From Nemertoderma westbladi (lineage: Eukaryota > Animalia > Xenacoelomorpha): 41,064 nucleotides of DNA. The DNA lies in NCBI GenBank assembly GCA_032718475.1, contig JAUCBJ010006721.1, positions 1 to 41,064 on the forward strand, given 5' to 3'. The position numbers and the translations under genes were made by a program. Below, piece by piece: positions 1 through 9,784 of this stretch. Under the pieces are notes generated by a model. The model was not told the origin of the DNA. It ran no database searches and saw only the letters and a list, made by a program, of their open reading frames with translations. Every line of letters begins with the position of its first letter. Positions within the stretch are counted from its first letter, which is position 1.

Positions 1-107
1 CATTCAGTCTTGAGCCAAAGAAAGAACGGCTTGGAAGTATTTTGTGCTGTACTGCTTTTTAGTCTTACACTAGTAGGTTTAATTATAAAGGGCATATATC
101 CTTTAAC
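1..107 (+). repeat. Left part of a dispersed duplication; partner copy at 27338-27444
   Basis: Near-identical sequence (cattcagtcttgagccaaag...cctttaac) at both places. Confidence 0.95.
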
Positions 108-332
108 TTGAATATCTCTGTAAATATCTCAATTGTTCGCGGTATTTCAACTTTCCATAACGCGAGTTGAATATTTTTGTATTTTATTAAAATTGATTAT
201 TCCGATATTACTACTGGGTGCGGGACCATGGGTTTTGGGCACATTCATTAAACTGGGGGCGATTTATGGGCGAACTTTGGGGCAACTTACAGGGTACGGG
301 AATAATTTCATAGTTATAAGGGCCAGGGGGGA

Positions 333-443
333 TGGAAAATGCAAGCAGTATTCAGGTTAGCCTGAGTACTATTAGGCCCTGGCCAACTTCCTGCTGCCTG
401 TAGGGGTGGATTTGGTAATGTGCCAGGCCTAAAGGACAAGGAC
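333..443 (+). repeat. Diverged single relative of the array's spacer-B end plus the 5' part of the core
   Basis: aagcagtattcaggttagcctgagtactattaggccctggccaacttcctgctgcctgtagg...aaggacaaggac matches 2498-2597 with substitutions. Confidence 0.9.
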
Positions 444-1335
444 TGCCCTTAGCGGTCCCTGGCCAACGGCAGCTACTACGAGCCTGAAAAGGACTCGGAA
501 CGCTGACTGCTTGTGTCAGGGATTTGCGACGGGCACCGACGGCCCCTTAGTAGCCAAGCCGTTCTGGGTCTCGATGATCGAACCCCGGGGTTCGTGAGGG
601 GTGGAGCGGACACGCGAACAGGTGGCCAACTTAAGACTGCCCCCTGACCTAAGCCGTACTGGTTCTCGATGACCGATCCCTTCGGGGTTCGTGAGGGGTG
701 GGACGGACATGCGAAAGGGCTGGCCACAGGACTGGTTTGACAAGGACTGCCCTTAGCGGTCTCGGGTCAACTGCGGCTACTACGAGCCTGAAAAGGACTC
801 GGAACGCTGACTGCTTGACTGTGATTCGCGACGGGAACCGACGACAGACCCCTTAGCCAAGCCGTTCTGGTTCTCGATGATCGTTCCCTTCGGGGTTCGT
901 GAGGGGTGGAACGGACACGCGATGGGGTCGAAAGACAAAGGACTAGACTCGACTAGACTCTACTGGCCTACCGACTGTTCGGAGCAGTTTCTCGGCTGCC
1001 GAAGCGACTACGAGCCTGAAAAGGACTCAGAAAGCCTAGGTGGTTGGGTTTCTGTGATGAACTGACGGACCCCTAGCCAAGCCGTTCTGGTTCTCGATGA
1101 TCGAACCCTTCGGGGTTCGTGAGGGGTGGAACGGACACGCGAACGGGTCCACCGACACGACAGACTCCTAGCCAAGCCGTACTGGTTCTCGATGACCGAA
1201 CCCTTCGGGGTTCGAGAGGGGTGGTACGGATACGCGACAGAGTCTACCGACTGGACCGACCCTTAGCCAAGCCGTGCTGGTTCTCGATGATCGTTCCCTT
1301 CGGGGTTCGTGAGGGGTGGAACGGACACGCGACAG
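440..1335 (+). ncRNA. Putative structured RNA: six kink-turn hairpins (559-609, 654-706, 862-914, 1082-1134, 1177-1229, 1272-1324) and three GAAA-capped hairpins (~470-505, ~774-809, ~1008-1035)
   Basis: Unit ccgttc-tggttctc-GAT-GA-T-cgaaccc-TTCG-gggttcg-T-GA-ggggtg-gaacgg. The compensatory pair change ccgtAc/gTacgg is seen in copy 5. Second module: cgagcct-GAAA-aggactcg. Confidence 0.55.
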
Positions 1336-1771
1336 GGCCGACCGACACCGACACTACGGCACTAAGACTGGGACTGAGGGAAAATCTGGGGAACATTAGG
1401 TAGGCTAAAATTCTGAGCGAACAGCGGGTTATTAAATAATATACCGTAGGGATTTATATTATCGTGTATACTTATTGTGAATATTTGGTGTATATTGATT
1501 TGGGGAAGCCCAAAATTATTCTTAATCAGGTTTCAACAGGTTTTCAACTATAGGAAGTTACATTAAAGAGTATATCCAACTAATGCAGCTTTTCTCAACC
1601 GCAAACTTGCATCTTAGAAATATTCCCTCCCCACAATCAATATCCGGTGACTGGCCGGGGCTCGGTGGTCTGTTAAGTCACGTCTCCAGCATCGGCGTTT
1701 TTCCCCCTGGTGTAGGAATAACGGCAACATCAATGCTGACATACCGGTACTGATGTACCGATATACCTAAC

Positions 1772-2454
1772 TGTTCAGTTGTTGTTTTATACTGCTATTT
1801 ACTGTCAGTTCTTCATAATATGGTTGATGAATTATTATATTTGGAATAACGATAAATAACCCCGCAACCCAATATTCTTGATATACCTAAGGTAAGAGAG
1901 AAAGGTTACCAATAACGATTGTGACTTATGTTAAAGTGGTTTGAAGTGAATCTAATGTTATTTGATAGACCCTACATGAGTCAGCCTGTGTTCCTTTTAT
2001 ATGTGACTAAAATCAGTGAAGATTGGCAGATTAGTGTGCAGTATTGTGCAGCATTGTGTATGAGTGAGTCTGTTAAAGAAGCAATTCCTAAAGAATGCGC
2101 CATATATGTGAATTATAATTAAGCCATATCGTTGTGAGTAGTTTAAGTCATAACTCTGTTTATATAGATAAAGCGCCACGTCCTAAAGGAACTGTTAATA
2201 TTACCGAAGGTGAATAATATTGTCAGAGATTATATAATACTGTCAGTCGAATAATACATTAGGCTTACATAGCAATAAAATTAAACCGTCGAACCCAATC
2301 TCCCGGGAATATCCAGCGGGTGAATGGTCGCGCACGGATTGGTTTCGACTAGTGTAGTGAATCAAATACTTGTCATAGACTAAAAGCAGATTTAATATCT
2401 AGAAGACATCTTAATTTGGTGGGTTAAACTGCCAAAGGTCTGAAAGCGCGAACA
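1772..2454 (+). repeat. Right part of the dispersed duplication; partner copy at 27515-28197
   Basis: Highly similar throughout. The similarity stops at gcgcgaaca, where the array begins. Confidence 0.95.
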
Positions 2455-4414
2455 GAGCAAGTTAAAAAAGATAGGAGGAGGGGTGGGAGGAAAAGTTAAG
2501 CAGTATTCAGGTTTGCCTGATTACTATTAGGCCTAGCCAACTTCCTGCTGCCTGTAGAGGTGGATTTGGTAACTCGCTAGGTCTAAAGGACAAGGACGTA
2601 TTCCCTGAAATAATGTACAAAGATAACTTTACTTTTTTTTAGTTAACTTTGTCTTCTCGGTACCTAGAGCACACGGATACCGTGCTAGAAAATTCCCTGA
2701 AAGAATACCATAATCGCCAACTTCCTGCTGCCTGTAGAGGTGGATTTGGTAACTCGCTAGGTCTAAAGGACAAGGACGTATTCCCTGAAATAATGTACAA
2801 AGATAACTTTACTTTTTTTTAGTTAACTTTGGCTTCTCGGTACATGGAGCACACGGATACCGTGCTAGAAAATTCCCTGAAAGAATACCATAATCGCCAA
2901 CTTCCTGCTGCCTGTAGAGGTGGATTTGGTAACTCGCTAGGTCTAAAGGACAAGGACGTATTCCCTGAAATAATGTACAAAGATAACTTTACTTTTTTTA
3001 GTTAACTTTGGCTTCTCGGTACATGGAGCACACGGATACCGTGCTAGAAAATTCCCTGAAAGAATACCATAATCGCCAACTTCCTGCTGCCTGTAGAGGT
3101 GGATTTGGTAACTCGCTAGGTCTAAAGGACAAGGACGTATTCCCTGAAATAATGTACAAAGATAACTTTACTTTTTTTTAGTTAACTTTGGCTTCTCGGT
3201 ACATGGAGCACACGGATACCGTGCTAGAAAATTCCCTGAAAGAATACCATAATCGCCAACTTCCTGCTGCCTGTAGAGGTGGATTTGGTAACTCGCTAGG
3301 TCTAAAGGACAAGGACGTATTCCCTGAAATAATGTACAAAGATAACTTTACTTTTTTTTAGCTAAATTTGGCGTCGGTTTTTGGCGCCCACTACGACGAA
3401 ACAAGTCAACAAACAAGACAAGAGCAAGTTAAAAAAGATAGGAGGAGGGGTGGGAGGAAAAGTTAAGCAGTATTCAGGTTTGCCTGATTACTATTAGGCC
3501 TAGCCAACTTCCTGCTGCCTGTAGAGGTGGATTTGGTAACTCGCTAGGTCTAAAGGACAAGGACGTATTCCCTGAAATAATGTACAAAGATAACTTTACT
3601 TTTTTTTAGTTAACTTTGGCTTCTCGGTACCTAGAGCACACGGATACCGTGCTAGAAAATTCCCTGAAAGAATACCATAATTGCCAACTTCCTGCTGCCT
3701 GTAGAGGTGGATTTGGTAACTCGCTAGGTCTAAAGGACAAGGACGTATTCCCTGAAATAATGTACAAAGATAACTTTACTTTTTTTTTTTTTGTTTAGTT
3801 TTTTTTAAACCATTTAGTAAAGATTCTGACCCGATGGTTAATGGTTAAAGAAATAAAGAAGCATTTAATTTTGACAAAATGGTTAAAAACTTAAAGATTT
3901 GGTTAAAAACATGGCAAAATATGACAATATGTCGCAAAATATTGCAAAAATCTCAAAAATGAAGTTCAAATGGTTAAAAAAAAGAGATGAAAAAAATTGG
4001 GAGCGGATGGTTAAAATTCGATGGTGAAAAAAAAACTCTACAGTACAAGAAAATTTCAACTAGTTTTTGACAATTCATAAATTCAAAATGTATTAAATGA
4101 TGTTATACTGTAAGATCCCACTTCAACCAAAGAGAATTATTATTTTTTGAATTATAAAGACTTTTTATTATAAACAAATATTAAATTAAAACACTAAGAA
4201 ATTTAAAAGTTTAAATAGTATAATAGTATAAACATTTAATAATCTCCCACGTGTTTAATAATCTCCCATGTTGAGGTCGACTCCTTTTACAATAAATTGT
4301 GTTACGATGGCAACAGAATTACATATAATTATTAGCTCAAATTAATTAGTGACAATCATTCGACATTCAAATAAAAATTCTTAGTAAATTGAATTACATT
4401 CTATCGTAAAAATA

Positions 4415-5317
4415 ATGAATAGTGTCCAAGATTCACTGAGGTTTTTGGTTGCAAACTTTTACCAAGAGAGTGATGATGAAATTGAATTTGAGACAATATT
4501 GGATGATGGGCCTATTGGCATATTCTTAGGTCTGCCCGGATTGACAAGAAGAAAACTTCTCACCGAGTTTCGTCGAGCAGTTCGGCACCATTATGGAGGT
4601 CAACAAATGCAAACAGATGGACATCGTCATCCCATCTTTAATTTGGAAGAAAGATATGCCGTCATTGAAGCTAGCTACATTGCATCGAACATATCCGACA
4701 CGTTTGAAGAATTTAATTTACTAAAAGACTATCTTACCGGAGCTAAGGTCGTTTTTGAAAGGCAAACGACTCCAACTGGATTTTGGACTCTTCCTAATAA
4801 TGGAAGCAAAAAATATTTTCATACGGCTGTGTTGCTAAACCGTGAACACGAACCTACATCAGACCTTATAGAGCTACAGCTGGATAGTGGTGAACTTTCA
4901 CCCAAGGTTCTAATCCGACCAGCAACCCAAGCTTTCCTTCAAAATCCTTGTCCGTTGTGTATTGACACAACATTCATGAGACAGTTCAACATGCGGCGTG
5001 GCGACATAAACTTAAGCAAAGTATTTTACAGGCTGTCACGATTGGTCGGGGTACTGGTTAGGTACAATTTAACCGCGTGTAATTGCGACCATATATCGAC
5101 CTACCTTCTAACTGGAAGGCCAATGTGGATAACAATGCCCCTTGCTCACAACTTTGCAGGAAGGTTAAATACCATTGACCTGTATGCCGGTTTGGTAACC
5201 CCCGTATTGATGTTAACCATAGAGGAAGAAAATTACTTTTTTTTAGTTAACTTTGGCTTCTCGGTACATGGAGCACACGGATACCGTGCTAGAAAATTCC
5301 CTGAAAGAATACCATAA
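4415..5317 (+). CDS. H-box/NC permuted papain-fold protein (LRAT/PLAAT/PPPDE-like), copy 1, 300 aa
   Basis: Intronless ATG ORF. KYFHTAVLL (H-box) precedes YNLTACNCDHISTYLLTG, which resembles the Y-x-L-x-x-x-NCEHF motif. Confidence 0.7.
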   Translation: MNSVQDSLRFLVANFYQESDDEIEFETILDDGPIGIFLGLPGLTRRKLLTEFRRAVRHHYGGQQMQTDGHRHPIFNLEERYAVIEASYIASNISDTFEEFNLLKDYLTGAKVVFERQTTPTGFWTLPNNGSKKYFHTAVLLNREHEPTSDLIELQLDSGELSPKVLIRPATQAFLQNPCPLCIDTTFMRQFNMRRGDINLSKVFYRLSRLVGVLVRYNLTACNCDHISTYLLTGRPMWITMPLAHNFAGRLNTIDLYAGLVTPVLMLTIEEENYFFLVNFGFSVHGAHGYRARKFPERIP

Positions 5318-8300
5318 TCGCCAACTTCCTGCTGCCTGTAGAGGTGGATTTGGTAACTCGCTAGGTCTAAAGGACAAGGACGTATTCCCTGAAATAATGT
5401 ACAAAGATAACTTTACTTTTTTTTAGTTAACTTTGGCTTCTCGGTACATGGAGCACACGGATACCGTGCTAGAAAATTCCCTGAAAGAATACCATAATCG
5501 CCAACTTCCTGCTGCCTGTAGAGGTGGATTTGGTAACTCGCTAGGTCTAAAGGACAAGGACGTATTCCCTGAAATAATGTACAAAGATAACTTTACTTTT
5601 TTTTAGCTAAATTTGGCGTCGGTTTTTGGTGCCCACTACGACGAAACAAGTCAACAAACAAGACAAGAGCAAGTTAAAAAAGATAGGAGGAGGGGTGGGA
5701 GGAAAAGTTAAGCAGTATTCAGGTTTGCCTGATTACTATTAGGCCTAGCCAACTTCCTGCTGCCTGTAGAGGTGGATTTGGTAACTCGCTAGGTCTAAAG
5801 GACAAGGACGTATTCCCTGAAATAATGTACAAAGATAACTTTACTTTTTTTTAGTTGACTTTTGCGTCTCGATTTCTTCAACATCAAGAAATCGTCATAC
5901 AAAATTCGATAATCGCCAACTTCCTGCTGCCTGTAGAGGTGGATTTGGTAACTCGCTAGGTCTAAAGGACAAGGACGTATTCCCTGAAATAATGTACAAA
6001 GATAACTTTACTTTTTTTTAGCTAAATTTGGCGTCGGTTTTTGGCGCCCACTACGACGAAACAAGTCAACAAACAAGACAAGAGCAAGTTAAAAAAGATA
6101 GGAGGAGGGGTGGGAGGAAAAGTTAAGCAGTATTCAGGTTTGCCTGATTACTATTAGGCCTAGCCAACTTCCTGCTGCCTGTAGAGGTGGATTTGGTAAC
6201 TCGCTAGGTCTAAAGGACAAGGACGTATTCCCTGAAATAATGTACAAAGATAACTTTACTTTTTTTTAGTTAACTTTGGCTTCTCGGTACATGGAGCACA
6301 CGGATACCGTGCTAGAAAATTCCCTGAAAGAATACCATAATCGCCAACTTCCTGCTGCCTGTAGAGGTGGATTTGGTAACTCGCTAGGTCTAAAGGACAA
6401 GGACGTATTCCCTGAAATAATGTACAAAGATAACTTTACTTTTTTTTAGTTAACTTTGGCTTCTCAGTACATGGAGCACACGGATACCGTGCTAGAAAAT
6501 TCCCTGAAAGAATACCATAATCGCCAACTTCCTGCTGCCTGTAGAGGTGGATTTGGTAACTCGCTAGGTCTAAAGGACAAGGACGTATTCCCTGAAATAA
6601 TGTACAAAGATAACTTTACTTTTTTTTAGCTAAATTTGGCGTCGGTTTTTGGCGCCCACTACGACGAAACAAGTCAACAAACAAGACAAGAGCAAGTTAA
6701 AAAAGATAGGAGGAGGGGTGGGAGGAAAAGTTAAGCAGTATTCAGGTTTGCCTGATTACTATTAGGCCTAGCCAACTTCCTGCTGCCTGTAGAGGTGGAT
6801 TTGGTATCTCGCTAGGTCTAAAGGACAAGGATGTATTCCCTGAAATAATGTACAAAGATAACTTTACTTTTTTTTAGTTGACTTTTGCGTCTCGATTTCT
6901 TCAACATCAAGAAATCGTCATACAAAATTCGATAATTGCCAACTTCCTGCTGCCTGTAGAGGTGGATTTGGTAACTTGCTAGGTCTAAAGGACAAGGACG
7001 TATTCCCTGAAATAATGTACAAAGATAACTTTACTTTTTTTTAGCTAAATTTGGCGTCGGTTTTTGGCGCCCACTACGACGAAACAAGTCAACAAACAAG
7101 ACAAGAGCAAGTTAAAAAAGATAGGAGGAGGGGTGGGAGGAAAAGTTAAGCAGTATTCAGGTTTGCCTGATTACTATTAGGCCTAGCCAACTTCCTGCTG
7201 CCTGTAGAGGTGGATTTGGTAACTCGCTAGGTCTAAAGGACAAGGACGTATTCCCTGAAATAATGTACAAAGATAACTTTACTTTTTTTTAGTTAACTTT
7301 GGCTTCTCGGTACCTAGAGCACACGGATACCGTGCTAGAAAATTCCCTGAAAGAATACCATAATCGCCAACTTCCTGCTGCCTGTAGAGGTGGATTTGGT
7401 AACTCGCTAGGTCTAAAGGACAAGGACGTATTCCCTGAAATAATGTACAAAGATAACTTTACTTTTTTTTAGTTAACTTTGGCTTCTTGGTACATGGAGC
7501 ACACGGATACCGTGCTAGAAAATTCCCTGAAAGAATACCATAATCGCCAACTTCCTGCTGCCTGTAGAGGTGGATTTGGTAACTCGCTAGGTCTAAAGGA
7601 CAAGGACGTATTCCCTGAAATAATGTACAAAGATAACTTTACTTTTTTTTAGTTAACTTTGGCTTCTCGGTACATGGAGCACACGGATACCGTGCTAGAA
7701 AATTCCCTGAAAGAATACCATAATCGCCAACTTCCTGCTGCCTGTAGAGGTGGATTTGGTAACTCGCTAGGTCTAAAGGACAAGGACGTATTCCCTGAAA
7801 TAATGTACAAAGATAACTTTACTTTTTTTTAGCTAAATTTGGCGTCGGTTTTTGGCGCCCACTACGACGAAACAAGTCAACAAACAAGACAAGAGCAAGT
7901 TAAAAAAGATAGGAGGAGGGGTGGGAGGAAAAGTTAAGCAGTATTCAGGTTTGCCTGATTACTATTAGGCCTAGCCAACTTCCTGCTGCCTGTAGAGGTG
8001 GATTTGGTAACTCGCTAGGTCTAAAGGACAAGGACGTATTCCCTGAAATAATGTACAAAGATAACTTTACTTTTTTTTAGTTAACTTTGGCTTCTCGGTA
8101 CCTAGAGCACACGGATACCGTGCTAGAAAATTCCCTGAAAGAATACCATAATTGCCAACTTCCTGCTGCATGTAGAGGTGGATTTGGTAACTCGCTAGGT
8201 CTAAAGGACAAGGACGTATTCCCTGAAATAATGTACAAAGATAACTTTACTTTTTTTTTTTGTTTAGTTTTTTTTAAACCATTTAGTAAAGATTCTGACC

Positions 8301-8882
8301 CGATGGTTAATGGTTAAAGAAATAAAGAAGCATTTAATTTTGACAAAATGGTTAAAAACTTAAAGATTTGGTTAAAAACATGGCAAAATATGACAATATG
8401 TCGCAAAATATTGCAAAAATCTCAAAAATGAAGTTCAAATGGTTAAAAAAAAGAGATGAAAAAAATTGGGAGCGGATGGTTAAAATTCGATGGTGAAAAA
8501 AAAACTCTACAGTACAAGAAAATTTCAACTAGTTTTTGACAATTCATAAATTCAAAATGTATTAAATGATGTTATACTGTAAGATCCCACTTCAACTAAA
8601 GAGAATTATTATTTTTTGAATTATAAAGACTTTTTATTATAAACAAATATTAAATTAAAACACTAAGAAATTTAAAAGTTTAAATAGTATAATAGTATAA
8701 ACATTTAATAATCTCCCACGTGTTTAATAATCTCCCATGTTGAGGTCGACTCCTTTTACAATAAATTGTGTTACGATGGCAACAGAATTACATATAATTA
8801 TTAGCTCAAATTAATTAGTGACAATCATTCGACATTCAAATAAAAATTCTTAGTAAATTGAATTACATTTTATCGTAAAATA

Positions 8883-9784
8883 ATGAATAGTGTCCAAGAT
8901 TCACTGAGGTTTTTGGTTGCAAACTTTTACCAAGAGAGTGATGATGAAATTGAATTTGAGACAATATTGGATGATGGGCCTATTGGCATATTCTTAGGTC
9001 TGCCTGATTGACAAGAAGAAAACTTCTCAATGAGTTTCGTCGAGCAGTTCGGCACCATTATGGAGGTCAACAAATGCAAACAGATGGACATCGTCATCCC
9101 ATCTTTAATTTGGAAGAAAGATATGCCGTCATTGAAGCTAGCTACATTGCATCGAACATATCCGACACGTTTGAAGAATTTAATTTACTAAAAGACTATC
9201 TTACCGGAGCTAAGGTCGTTTTTGAAAGGCAAACGACTCCAACTGGATTTTGGACTCTTCCTAATAATGGAAGCAAAAAATATTTTCATACGGCTGTGTT
9301 GCTAAACCGTGAACACGAACCTACATCAGACCTTATAGAGCTACAGCTGGATAGTGGTGAACTTTCACCCAAGGTTCTAATCCGACCAGCAACCCAAGCT
9401 TTCCTTCAAAATCCTTGTCCGTTGTGTATTGACACAACATTCATGAGACAGTTCAACATGCGGCGTGGCGACATAAACTTAAGCAAAGTATTTTACAGGC
9501 TGTCACGATTGGTCGGGGTACCGGTTAGGTACAATTTAACCGCGTGTAATTGCGACCATATATCGACCTACCTTCTAACTGGAAGGCCAATGTGGACAAC
9601 AATGCCCCTTGCTCACAACTTTGCAGGAAGGTTAAATACCATTGACCTGTATGCCGGTTTGGTAACCCCCGTATTGATGTTAACCATAGAGGAAGAAAAT
9701 TACTTTTTTTTAGTTAACTTTGGCTTCTCGGTACATGGAGCACACGGATACCGTGCTAGAAAATTCCCTGAAAGAATACCATAA
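8883..9784 (+). pseudogene. H-box/NC protein copy 2, with a 1-bp frameshift near 9005
   Basis: ctgcctgattgaca here versus ctgcccggattgaca in copy 1; otherwise nearly identical. An assembly error is possible. Confidence 0.75.

Larger units (their letters stand above)
108..1771 (+). mobile_element. 1.66-kb insertion or replacement containing modular structured repeats
   Basis: The paralogous locus 27338-28197 has only 70 bp (27445-27514) between the same flanks. Confidence 0.6.

Noticed and set aside
559-1324. SECIS elements
   Set aside because: The AUGAN/NGAN core matches, but the upper helix is only ~7 bp with a UUCG cap and no apical AA, and no selenoprotein ORF lies upstream.
133-2179. 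Short ORFs in the first 2.2 kb, and those at 3616, 8087, 11997 and 22224
   Set aside because: Translations of repeats with no protein-like motifs.
2495-2600. HDV-like or twister ribozyme in the B-core unit
   Set aside because: I could not build the nested pseudoknot with correct P3/L3 sizes, and the candidate P2 is not conserved in the 333-443 copy.
2660-2690. Helitron 3' end in spacer A (hairpin plus CTAG)
   Set aside because: The CTAG overlaps the hairpin and is followed by A rather than T, and no matching 5' TC end was found. Left as a weak possibility only.
3361-3410. Hammerhead ribozyme in spacer B (cgtcg...cgacGAAACaaGTC)
   Set aside because: The GAAA and GUC parts are suggestive, but the required CUGANGA box is absent upstream of the stem.
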